From: Nitrospirota bacterium
Lineage (GTDB): Bacteria; Nitrospirota; UBA9217
Direction: 5' to 3'
Assembly: GCA_963751455.1 (NCBI GenBank)
Contig: CAVVUN010000001.1
Coordinates: 320,001 to 384,000 of the forward strand
Length of the DNA stretch: 64,000 bases
Shown: positions 28,929 through 37,740 of the stretch, piece after piece
Position numbering within the stretch: the first letter of the stretch is position 1
Layout: each line of letters starts with the position of its first letter
Made by a program: the position numbers and the translations under genes
Notes under the pieces: generated by a model
What the model saw: only the letters and a program-made list of their open reading frames with translations
What the model was told of the DNA's origin: nothing
Database searches by the model: none

Positions 28929-31900
28929 TTATGTGTTTTCGAGAATTCTGTTAAAAATCTGTCTGACATTGCCGCTCAGGAGTTCATATTCATGAAGGAG
29001 CTTCTGCCCGGCAGAACAATTATCATCTCTATAGCCCATTCTGCGGGCGAGCGGCTGCACTATGGCTTCGTCCCTGATCAGTTCGCTTGTTGCCTGATTT
29101 GTAACGATCCGCATCCTGCTCTCGAGCAGCCTCATAAACAGATAGGCCCTCAGCAAAACGCTGTAATCGGCGCTTTCGATCAGTCCGGATTTGAAAAGCG
29201 CACGGAGCGCATCATACGTGCCGGGAAGCCTTATACTGACGAATTTTTTCCCATAAATAAGCTGCAGGTACTGGACAAGAAACTCTATATCAATGAGCCC
29301 CCCCGCTCCCTGCTTGATGTTGTAATGAAGTGTGTTTTCTTTGCCCACTTCCTCTTCGATTCTTTTTCTCATGGTGTGGACATCCTCGGCAAGGCCACGC
29401 CCGTCGTACTCACGATACACCAGCCCCTGCATGGTCCTGCAGAATTCGATGCCCACGGTCCGGTCGCCCGCGACATGACGCGCGCGAATAAGGGCCTGTC
29501 GCTCCCAGGTAGCTGCATTTTCTGCGTAATGTTTTTTGAACGCTTCTATACTCTGAACGAGCGGGCCCTTGGAGCCGGTCGGTCGAAGTCTGGTATCGAT
29601 ATGGAACGCATACCCTTCACGGGTCAGTGAGGACAGGTAGGAAATGGTCTTCTCAGCCACTTTACTGAAGTATTCGAAAACGGAAACGCCGGACGGAGCG
29701 GTCCGGGTACGGTCCTCCGACATCACAAAGAGTATGTCCAGATCGGACCCGTATGTTAACTCTCTGCCCCCCAGTTTGCCGACCCCGATCACGGCAAGAC
29801 CCGCCGGCGAGCCCGTGCACGAATAGCGTCGTGCCGTCTCGGAAACAGCCATCTGGAGCGCGGCTTCAAGGCAGGCTTCAGCAAGCTTTGAGAGATCACG
29901 GGAAACAGCCGCGATATGGAGATTCGACAGCAAATCCGCCATTCCGATCCGTATTTCCTCCTGCTGCTTGATGCGTCGCAGCGCATCCATTTTTTCGGGC
30001 ACTCCCGGCAGCCCTTCGAGCCCTGCCGAGAGCTCCCTCGAAAATACCGCCGAGGTCCCGATGCCGAAGGCTTTCCTGGATTCCATCAGGTTCTCGAGGA
30101 GCGCGGGCCTGCGCACCAGCATCCTGGAAAAATACTCGCTGTTCGCAAAAACGGCAACCAGTACCCGCACAGACGTCGGATCAACCTTTACGAGCGATTG
30201 AAAGGCCTCCCATGAGCCCTGTCCCGCGAGAAAGGATTCCAGGTGATTGAGTGCCATGTCGGGGTCCGGCGACGTGGCGATCTCGTGAAACAACGACGGG
30301 AAAATTTCATGGAAAAGTTTACGGCTCCTCGGTGTCTGGTGGACAAAAGCCGTACCTTCCCTGAGAAGCGCCAAATTCCGGTATGCCTTTCCCGGTTCGC
30401 GGAAACCAAGCTTGCGCAGTTCCGTTGATGCTTCGTGCTCCGTTGTCTCAGGATCGAGCAGGCCGTCATAGCGGCCTGTTGCCGTTTCCTTATCGGGCGC
30501 GGTGAAGGCAAACAAATCGTCATATGCATTCCGCACTCTTCCGGTATGCTCGCCGTACTCTTGAAGCAGCAGCTCCGCTTCCCTTCCCTGATCGAGATAC
30601 CCGGCCCTCCGGGCAAGCGTACGCAACTCAGCTTCGTCGGAGGGCATGACCTGGGTCTGAAGGTCGTCGAGGAGCTGAATGCGGTGCTCGACAATGCGCA
30701 GGAATATGTAGGCCTTTGAAAGGTCCGCATGCTCCTGATAGGTTATCAACCCCTTTTGAGAAAGCGTATGCAGCGCCCTGAGCGAATTCCGTTCGCGAAG
30801 GGTCCGGTCCCGGCCCGCATACATCAACTGGAGCGCCTGAATAACGAACTCGATCTCCCGGATGCCGCCATACCCGAGTTTGACATCGCGGTGCATTTTT
30901 CCCTTCTGTTCAACTTCCTTGTTGATCTTCTGCTTCATGTCGCTGATCTCGACAATCGCGCCATAGTCAAGATACTTCCGGTAAACAAACGGGGTAATCC
31001 GTTCTACAAATTCTCTGCCAAGGACGGGATCGCCTGCAACCGGCCGGGCCTTGATCAGCGCCGAACGCTCCCAGGTCTGGCCCCAGGATTCGTAATAGAT
31101 CTCATAACCGCCGAGGCTCTGAGCGAGCGGTCCGCGCTGCCCCTCCGGCCTCAACCTGAGATCGACGCGAAACACGAAGCCGTCCTCCGTCTTCTGTCCG
31201 ATCGCGGCAGTCAGTTTTTCGGAAACCTTGACGAAATATTGATGGTTCGTGATTTTGCCGACAGGCGCGCCGCCTGAGCCCGGGATCCCTTCTGTTTCTC
31301 CGTCAGCACTGTACACGTACATCAGGTCCACATCGGAGCTGAAGTTCAGTTCCCTCCCCCCGAGTTTGCCCATCGCGACTACCGCGAACCGTGCGGGGGT
31401 CGCGACATTGTCACGGTCAGGGGTCATGGGCCTTCCGTACCTGGTCCTGAGACTTGCGTCCGCCCATTCGCAGGCGACCTGCAGACAAACCTCGGCGAGG
31501 TCCGACAGGTCACCTACTGTTTCCTGAAGGTCGGCCTTGGAGAGCAGGTCCCGAAGCGCGATACGGAGCATCTCCTTCTTCCGAAAGAGACGCAAGGTCC
31601 TGAAAAATATTTTTTCATCAGCATTAACGCCCGCAAGAACGCGCAGGCTTTCCATCAGTGCTCCCTTGCCGTTCCGGGATGCGAGAAATTCAGGGTCGGA
31701 CAGCAACGAAACGCTCGCGTCGCCGCACGCCACGAGGAACGCGGCGAGAAACCGGCTTGCGCCGGATATCGTGATGAGACGAGCAAGCAGTTCCGGATTC
31801 GAGCGCGTGCAGACAAGAAAGGCAGGAACATCGGCAAGGCCGCTCACAAAACGCTCAAAATTATTTAAAGCCATATCCGGGTCCGCGGAAACGGACACGA

Positions 31901-32051
31901 GTGAAAGGAGGGTCGGTAATAAATCAGAAAAGGACTGATCAACCAATTTCGTCTTCAGGAGCTCGATATTACGGAGGGCTTGAGCAGCGTCGAGGATTCC
32001 GCACTGTGCTAGTTTTTCAGGAGAATACCTTATTTGATTGTCAGCCGGCAT
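28929..32051 (-). CDS. glnE: Bifunctional glutamine synthetase adenylyltransferase/adenylyl-removing enzyme
   Basis: Two nucleotidyltransferase domains (GKLGGRELNFSSDVDL and GKLGGRELTYGSDLD), RVDLRLRPEG, WER.ALI and GGIREIEF. Confidence 0.95.
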   Translation of the reverse strand: MPADNQIRYSPEKLAQCGILDAAQALRNIELLKTKLVDQSFSDLLPTLLSLVSVSADPDMALNNFERFVSGLADVPAFLVCTRSNPELLARLITISGASRFLAAFLVACGDASVSLLSDPEFLASRNGKGALMESLRVLAGVNADEKIFFRTLRLFRKKEMLRIALRDLLSKADLQETVGDLSDLAEVCLQVACEWADASLRTRYGRPMTPDRDNVATPARFAVVAMGKLGGRELNFSSDVDLMYVYSADGETEGIPGSGGAPVGKITNHQYFVKVSEKLTAAIGQKTEDGFVFRVDLRLRPEGQRGPLAQSLGGYEIYYESWGQTWERSALIKARPVAGDPVLGREFVERITPFVYRKYLDYGAIVEISDMKQKINKEVEQKGKMHRDVKLGYGGIREIEFVIQALQLMYAGRDRTLRERNSLRALHTLSQKGLITYQEHADLSKAYIFLRIVEHRIQLLDDLQTQVMPSDEAELRTLARRAGYLDQGREAELLLQEYGEHTGRVRNAYDDLFAFTAPDKETATGRYDGLLDPETTEHEASTELRKLGFREPGKAYRNLALLREGTAFVHQTPRSRKLFHEIFPSLFHEIATSPDPDMALNHLESFLAGQGSWEAFQSLVKVDPTSVRVLVAVFANSEYFSRMLVRRPALLENLMESRKAFGIGTSAVFSRELSAGLEGLPGVPEKMDALRRIKQQEEIRIGMADLLSNLHIAAVSRDLSKLAEACLEAALQMAVSETARRYSCTGSPAGLAVIGVGKLGGRELTYGSDLDILFVMSEDRTRTAPSGVSVFEYFSKVAEKTISYLSSLTREGYAFHIDTRLRPTGSKGPLVQSIEAFKKHYAENAATWERQALIRARHVAGDRTVGIEFCRTMQGLVYREYDGRGLAEDVHTMRKRIEEEVGKENTLHYNIKQGAGGLIDIEFLVQYLQLIYGKKFVSIRLPGTYDALRALFKSGLIESADYSVLLRAYLFMRLLESRMRIVTNQATSELIRDEAIVQPLARRMGYRDDNCSAGQKLLHEYELLSGNVRQIFNRILENT

Positions 32052-32058
32052 TTTTTAT

Positions 32059-32087
32059 ATTATACTGACAATGAATCAGATATACAA
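32059..32087 (-). promoter_or_regulatory. Sigma70 promoter predicting a leaderless glnE mRNA
   Basis: TTGTAT-N17-TATAAT-7 nt-ATG; no SD. Confidence 0.65.
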
Positions 32088-32134
32088 GATCCCGACGTTG
32101 CCGCAAAGACACGAAACAGACAATGATCAAAGCT

Positions 32135-32266
32135 GATAAATCGCAAAAAATGTCTTTTAGCCACAGAGGTCACAGAGAACACCGAGAAAATCTTCGTTAT
32201 TTAAATGCTTACCTCTGTGCTCTCAGTGTGCTCTGGGGCAAATCTTGACTTCTTACGAGTTTATTC
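32135..32266. mobile_element. MITE with ends related to the IS at 43372-45244, enclosing a CRCRRAK palindrome (32160-32239)
   Basis: TTGACTTCTTACGA (32245-32258) is identical to the IS right end (45224-45237). The left end GATAAATCGCAAAAAA is degenerate. Confidence 0.65.
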
Positions 32267-32297
32267 GCGATTTCGTATTCACCCTGTGCCTTGACGT

Positions 32298-32705
32298 ATG
32301 AAACAACTTCGTGACAACGACAGCTGCTACGTATGCGGCAGCAAAAACCCGGCAGGTCTTCATGTCGAATTCGAAATAAACCGCGATACACGTTCGATTC
32401 GCGCCCGGTTCACGCCAGCCGCGTCTCACCAGGGTTTTGAGGGCATCGTGCACGGAGGCATTCTTTCCGCTCTCCTCGACGAGGCCATGGCAAAGCTGGC
32501 CTTTTCTCTCGGCATACCGGCCGTCACAGCCGAGATTACGGCCAAATTCAAGTCCCCTGCCGTACCGGGCGAGGAACTCATCGTTTCGGGCAGGTTGATT
32601 CATGAAAGCCGCCGCCTTGTAGAGGCTGAAGCACGGATCGAACGCGGACCGGTCGTGATTGCGGAAGCAACAGGAAAGCTCTTGAGAACCCAGCAAACAG
32701 AGTAG
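32298..32705 (+). CDS. PaaI-family (hotdog-fold) thioesterase
   Basis: CYVCG..NP.GL and HGGILSALLDE. Confidence 0.88.
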   Translation: MKQLRDNDSCYVCGSKNPAGLHVEFEINRDTRSIRARFTPAASHQGFEGIVHGGILSALLDEAMAKLAFSLGIPAVTAEITAKFKSPAVPGEELIVSGRLIHESRRLVEAEARIERGPVVIAEATGKLLRTQQTE

Positions 32706-32776
32706 GCCGTAGACCGCAAACAGGGGTGGGCTTTTTCTCCTCACTACTGACTCTTGTCTACTGTATACTGAATTAT

Positions 32777-34921
32777 ATGAACTACACACATAAACAACTG
32801 ATAGAACTAATCAGGACCAGGACCGGCAAGCCTGTGATGGTGCGAGAGCTGATGCGGCTGCTCAAGCTTAAGGCCACGGACCGTCATGATTTGAAGCAGG
32901 CGCTGAACGAACTCGTCCTGATCGGTGAGATCGTCAAAACACGCGGAAACCGCTACGGCTTGCCCGACAAAATGGACCTCGATACCGGATTGTTCCAGGC
33001 CCACCCGTCCGGTTACGGGTTCGTAATCCCGGAGAAAAAAGGGAAACCCGATGTGTATATCGGCGCCCGGAGCCGGCTCGACGCGATGGACGGCGATAAG
33101 GTTGTTGCGCGCATATCACCGCCTCAGGGCAAAAAGAAGACCGAAGGAAAACGCGAGGGCGTGATCATCCGTATTCTCGAGCGGGCGCACACCAAAGTGG
33201 TCGGTACCTATGAGCTTCCCGAATCCGGAGCTGCCGCGTATGGCTTCGTCACCCCCTCGAACTTCAGGATCACCCAGGACGTTTTCATCAGCCGGGAGAA
33301 TGTCAGCGATGCAAAACCAGGGGACATCGTATCCGCGGAGATCATTGCGTACCCAATGCGGGGAAGACCTCCGGAAGGCAGGATCGTAAAAGTCATCGGC
33401 AAACCCGGTCAGCCCGGCATCGATTCGGAACTTATCATCGAGCAGTATGAACTGCCGGTCCGGTTTTCAGCCGCTGCACTGAGCGAAGCCGAAACGATCC
33501 CTCAGCAGGTTACGGCCCCTCTGCGCAAGGCTCGACACGATCTCAGGGAACTTCCGACAGTGACAATCGACGGAGAGAAAGCCCGGGATTTCGATGACGC
33601 GATATCGATACAAAAGACGAAATCAGGCTATAGCCTCTGGGTGCATATTGCCGATGTCGCCCAGTACGTCATCCCCGGTTCGATCCTCGACCAGGAGGCG
33701 TACCAGCGAGGCACGAGCGTGTATCTTCCGGACCGGGCAATCCCGATGCTCCCGACCGCGCTTTCAAACGGCATCTGCAGCCTGAATCCGAACGTCGACC
33801 GGCTTACGCTGACCTGCGAAATGGACATTTCCCGGGAAGGCGCCATCGAGCGGTACGATATCTACGAGAGCGTAATCAACAGTAACGAGCGCATGACGTA
33901 CACAGCCGTGCGCGAGATCCTCGTGGACAAGGACCCCCTCCAGCGAAAAAGGTATGCGGAACTGCTCACGGAATTCGAGCTCATGGAAGAGTTGATGGCG
34001 GTTCTGCGGTCAAAGCGAACCAAGCGCGGAAGCATCGATTTCGATCTGCCCGAGCCCGAGATCGTGCTCGATCTCCAGGGGCGCATGACCGATGTAATCA
34101 GGGCCGAACGGAACATGGCGCACCAGATCATCGAGGAATTCATGCTGGCTGCCAACGAGACGGTTGCCGGACATATCGAGAACAAGCAGGCCCCGTTCAT
34201 GTATCGCATCCATGAAGAGCCGGCCGAGGAAAAACTCGTCGATCTCATCGATTTCCTGAGCACGCTCGGGATCACCCTTCCTGCCGTGAAGAAACTGAAA
34301 CCCCTGCACCTGCAGAAGGCGCTGGCACGGGCCAAAGGCACGCCCGAGGAGACCCTGATCAATACGGTCCTGCTCCGGACGATGAAGCAGGCGAGGTACT
34401 CCGAGGAGAATGTCGGTCATTTCGGCCTGGCAGCGGAAACCTACACGCACTTTACTTCTCCGATCCGGCGCTATCCGGACCTCATTGTCCACAGGATCCT
34501 GAAGTCCGACATGAAGGGCAAGCTTAAGGATGCGGCCTACGTGGAACAGCTTAACGAGACCCTTCCGGATGCCGCCAAGCATTGTTCCCATCGCGAGCGC
34601 GTCGCCATGGAAGCGGAGCGCGACGTGGTTGCCATGCTCAAGATCGAATTCATGAAAGATAAACTGGGCGAGGTCTACGAGGGCATCATTACCGGGGTTT
34701 TACAGTTCGGTTTCTTCGTGCAGCTGAAAGAGTACTTCGTGGAAGGTCTCGTCCATGTGTCCACGCTTGCCGATGACTATTATCATTACATTGAGAAACT
34801 GCATTGCCTTCGCGGCGAACGTCGCAAGCGCACCTACAGGATCGGCGACCGGATAAAGGTGCGGGTCGACCGGGTGGACGCAGCGAGGAAAAGGATGGAT
34901 TTTTCGCTTGCGGAAGAATGA
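32777..34921 (+). CDS. rnr: Ribonuclease R
   Basis: Cold-shock domains, TIDGEKARDFDDAIS, HIADV, RGTSVY, IEEFML.ANE, HFTSPIRRYPDL and S1 domain. Start placed at MNYTHK. Confidence 0.95.
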   Translation: MNYTHKQLIELIRTRTGKPVMVRELMRLLKLKATDRHDLKQALNELVLIGEIVKTRGNRYGLPDKMDLDTGLFQAHPSGYGFVIPEKKGKPDVYIGARSRLDAMDGDKVVARISPPQGKKKTEGKREGVIIRILERAHTKVVGTYELPESGAAAYGFVTPSNFRITQDVFISRENVSDAKPGDIVSAEIIAYPMRGRPPEGRIVKVIGKPGQPGIDSELIIEQYELPVRFSAAALSEAETIPQQVTAPLRKARHDLRELPTVTIDGEKARDFDDAISIQKTKSGYSLWVHIADVAQYVIPGSILDQEAYQRGTSVYLPDRAIPMLPTALSNGICSLNPNVDRLTLTCEMDISREGAIERYDIYESVINSNERMTYTAVREILVDKDPLQRKRYAELLTEFELMEELMAVLRSKRTKRGSIDFDLPEPEIVLDLQGRMTDVIRAERNMAHQIIEEFMLAANETVAGHIENKQAPFMYRIHEEPAEEKLVDLIDFLSTLGITLPAVKKLKPLHLQKALARAKGTPEETLINTVLLRTMKQARYSEENVGHFGLAAETYTHFTSPIRRYPDLIVHRILKSDMKGKLKDAAYVEQLNETLPDAAKHCSHRERVAMEAERDVVAMLKIEFMKDKLGEVYEGIITGVLQFGFFVQLKEYFVEGLVHVSTLADDYYHYIEKLHCLRGERRKRTYRIGDRIKVRVDRVDAARKRMDFSLAEE

Positions 34922-34923
34922 AC

Positions 34924-34965
34924 AAGGGTGCAGGGTTCAGTAAGACCCTAAGCCCCTGGACCCTT
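34924..34965. repeat. Heptamer-unit palindrome between convergent genes (possible bidirectional terminator)
   Basis: AAGGGTG-CAGGGTT-CAG ... CCCTAAG-CCCCTGG-ACCCTT. Confidence 0.55.
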
Positions 34966-34971
34966 TCTAGT

Positions 34972-36003
34972 TCACAGCTTAATCGTCATCTCCCTGTCTG
35001 CTTCCGTCAACCCCATGCTGTATTCAAGCACTTTCTGCGGTTGGTTCCTGTCGTACATCCTGGCGTAGGGATCGGATACCAGCAGTTCCCTGGCCTTGTC
35101 GACGGTCGCCTTGTCATCAAGTCCGATATTTTTCAGATGGACGCCGTCCTTCGAGACCGAGAACGCCCTGAATGAGCAGGGGTAGGTGACGATTGCGGGA
35201 TCGGATACATAGGTTATCTTCCCGACGGTTTCCACCTTTGAAGCATGGTGGTGACCGGAGATAACGAGCCGGACGTTCGGGAAACTACTAATGATGTCCT
35301 GAACTCTTGCATGATTTTTGACCATCCAGAGAGACCAGGCAGGCGTATTGTCCTGCGGTGCAGTAGGCATGATAAGCTGATGAGTAAAGATAATGATTAA
35401 TTTTTTTGATCTATTTTGCTTCAGATCGTTTTCAAGCCATTTCAGCTGCAGCAGCGACGCCTCTCCGTGCGGCTTGCCGTCCACGGTTACATCGAACCCG
35501 ATGACCCTGACGTTCTGAACAGGATTGAAAGCCCACGAGGACTGACCGGGCTTCAGACCCCTTCCGGCCCATGCTTTCAGGTAATCGTCCCGCCCGAGTT
35601 TTGAAACCCCGGTTGATGGAGACACCTCGGTATTGCCCAGCAGGATGTAGTACGGCATGTTCAGGTGCGCAGTCCATTTCTGAAATACATCAAGCGATGC
35701 CTTGTCATTCGGGCCGTAATGGATCTGGTCGCCCCCAAAAACCACGAAATTCAGTTTCGGCAGCCGTCCGAGCTGGCGCAGCGTATCGATAAAGAGCGGG
35801 ATGCTTTTCTCCCGGTATTGCCAATTGCCTTCGCCCTTGAAATCCACGTCCAGGTGAAGGTCTGTGATGTGGGCAAAGTTGAACTTGGGGACCTCCACAG
35901 CGTCCGCAAACGGTATGAAAAACTCGCCCGCGGTTTCCATACCGGCAAGGGCTGCCGCCCCGGTTGCGAACCTTTTGAGAAATGCACGCCTGTTCATCGC
36001 CAT
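34972..36003 (-). CDS. Tat-exported calcineurin-like metallophosphoesterase
   Basis: RRAFLK twin-arginine signal; DLH, GGDQ, GNTE, H and GHHH. Confidence 0.85.
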   Translation of the reverse strand: MAMNRRAFLKRFATGAAALAGMETAGEFFIPFADAVEVPKFNFAHITDLHLDVDFKGEGNWQYREKSIPLFIDTLRQLGRLPKLNFVVFGGDQIHYGPNDKASLDVFQKWTAHLNMPYYILLGNTEVSPSTGVSKLGRDDYLKAWAGRGLKPGQSSWAFNPVQNVRVIGFDVTVDGKPHGEASLLQLKWLENDLKQNRSKKLIIIFTHQLIMPTAPQDNTPAWSLWMVKNHARVQDIISSFPNVRLVISGHHHASKVETVGKITYVSDPAIVTYPCSFRAFSVSKDGVHLKNIGLDDKATVDKARELLVSDPYARMYDRNQPQKVLEYSMGLTEADREMTIKL

Positions 36004-36136
36004 CGTAATCCCCTATTTTATGTTGTAGATACAACCGTTCGATTAATCTGAAATCGGTTGCATAAAGTTGACATATTCCCGGCAGGATGTCAAGGGCAAA
36101 AGGCGGCCCGCTGCCATGCACGATGAAAAATCGCCG

Positions 36137-36165
36137 TTGAAATTGGAATATGCCTATGTTATGTT
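36137..36165 (+). promoter_or_regulatory. Sigma70 promoter predicting a leaderless selA mRNA
   Basis: TTGAAA-N17-TATGTT with TGn extension, 6 nt before the ATG; no SD. Confidence 0.6.
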
Positions 36166-36171
36166 ACAGCA

Positions 36172-37566
36172 ATGAAAGAACTGCTCAAAAAACTGCCGGC
36201 GGTAGATGAAATTCTGAAGGAAGACAGAACGAAGCACTGGCTTGATACATTTCCCCGCGTTCTTGTGCTGGATGCTCTCCGCACCGTACTGGACCGCAGG
36301 AGAAAAGCCATACTCAAGGCCTCGGGAGACCTCGACGAGCACTCATTATCGATGGACAAGATCCTGGACGAAACCGGGAAGGTTCTGTCGGATTTGTCGG
36401 AACCGAGCCTGAAGCCCGTCATAAACGCCACGGGTGTTATTGTACACACGAACCTTGGCCGATCGATTCTTTCGGACAGTGCGTTGCGGCGGGTTGTAGA
36501 GGTAAGCAGAAGCTACTCGAACCTTGAGTACGATATTCCGGAAGGCGAGCGCGGCAAACGCCATGTACATCTGGAGCATACGCTTAAAAGACTTACCGGG
36601 GTAGAGGCGGCAACGGCGGTAAACAACAACGCAGCGGCTGTTCTTCTCTGCCTGAACACGCTCGCGCGCGGCAAGGAAGTGGTCGTCTCCCGCGGCGAAC
36701 TTGTCGAGATCGGCGGGTCCTTCAGGGTCCCGGACGTCATGGAACGAAGCGGGGCGATACTGCGTGAAGTAGGCACCACGAACAAGACGCACCTCAAAGA
36801 CTACGAAAATGCGATCAATGAGAACACCGGGCTGCTCCTGAAAGTGCATATGAGCAATTATAAAATCGTGGGCTTTACGAAGGAAGTCTCGCCTGCGGAG
36901 CTTTCGGGTCTCGGGAAGAAGCACAAGCTTCCCGTAATGTGGGACCTGGGCAGCGGCAGTTTTTTCGATCTCTCAAGCTATGGAGCCGGGGATGAACCAA
37001 CTGTCCGTCAGGCCGTCGAATCCGGGATAGACGTGGTCACCTTCAGCGGCGATAAACTCCTCGGCGGTCCTCAGGCCGGAATGATAGTGGGCAAAAAGAG
37101 TCTTCTGGACCCCATCAGGTCGAATCCGCTGGCCCGGGCGCTCAGAATAGACAAGCTTACGCTTGCGGCGCTCGATGCCACTCTGCGTCAATACTTCGAT
37201 CCCGAAAAGGCTGCACGGGAGATACCGACAGTCTGGATGCTCACCCAGCCCTTATCGGAAATCGAACGAAAGGCCCGTCTCATGGCGGATGCGATCGGTT
37301 CCCTCGGCAACAAGGATTTGTCCATTACGCTGCAGGACGACAAATCTCAGAGCGGCGGCGGCGCACTTCCGATGGGCAATTTTCCGACCAGGACCGTGTG
37401 CATCCGTCATAAAAGAATGAGCGCAAACGAGATCGAATCGAGCCTCCGCCTGAACAAACCGCATATCATCGCGCGGATCAAGGAAGGCCTGGTCATTTTC
37501 GACCCGCGGACCCTCAACGATGAAGAGATCGGGAAAATAATCGAAGCAGTAAAAAAACTGTTGTAG
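36172..37566 (+). CDS. selA: L-seryl-tRNA(Sec) selenium transferase
   Basis: INATGVIVHTNLGR, VNNNAAA, SRGELVEIGGSFR, EVGTTN and FSGDKLLGGPQAG. Confidence 0.96.
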   Translation: MKELLKKLPAVDEILKEDRTKHWLDTFPRVLVLDALRTVLDRRRKAILKASGDLDEHSLSMDKILDETGKVLSDLSEPSLKPVINATGVIVHTNLGRSILSDSALRRVVEVSRSYSNLEYDIPEGERGKRHVHLEHTLKRLTGVEAATAVNNNAAAVLLCLNTLARGKEVVVSRGELVEIGGSFRVPDVMERSGAILREVGTTNKTHLKDYENAINENTGLLLKVHMSNYKIVGFTKEVSPAELSGLGKKHKLPVMWDLGSGSFFDLSSYGAGDEPTVRQAVESGIDVVTFSGDKLLGGPQAGMIVGKKSLLDPIRSNPLARALRIDKLTLAALDATLRQYFDPEKAAREIPTVWMLTQPLSEIERKARLMADAIGSLGNKDLSITLQDDKSQSGGGALPMGNFPTRTVCIRHKRMSANEIESSLRLNKPHIIARIKEGLVIFDPRTLNDEEIGKIIEAVKKLL

Positions 37567-37587
37567 CCCCGTGAATCTCCAAAGGCC

Positions 37588-37676
37588 TTATCCGCAGATT
37601 TCACAGATGTCGCAGATTTAATAAACAATAAATGAGATCAGGTTTAATCGGAGAAATCTGCGTAATCTGCGGATAA
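37588..37676. repeat. CRCRRAK palindrome between selA and selB
   Basis: TTATCCGCAGATTTCACAGATGTCGCAGAT ... ATCGGAGAAATCTGCGTAATCTGCGGATAA. Confidence 0.88.
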
Positions 37677-37740
37677 TATTTGGTGTTGACTAGAATTTCA
37701 AAAACCTGACTCAAACTTAAAGATCTGGGTTGTATTATCT

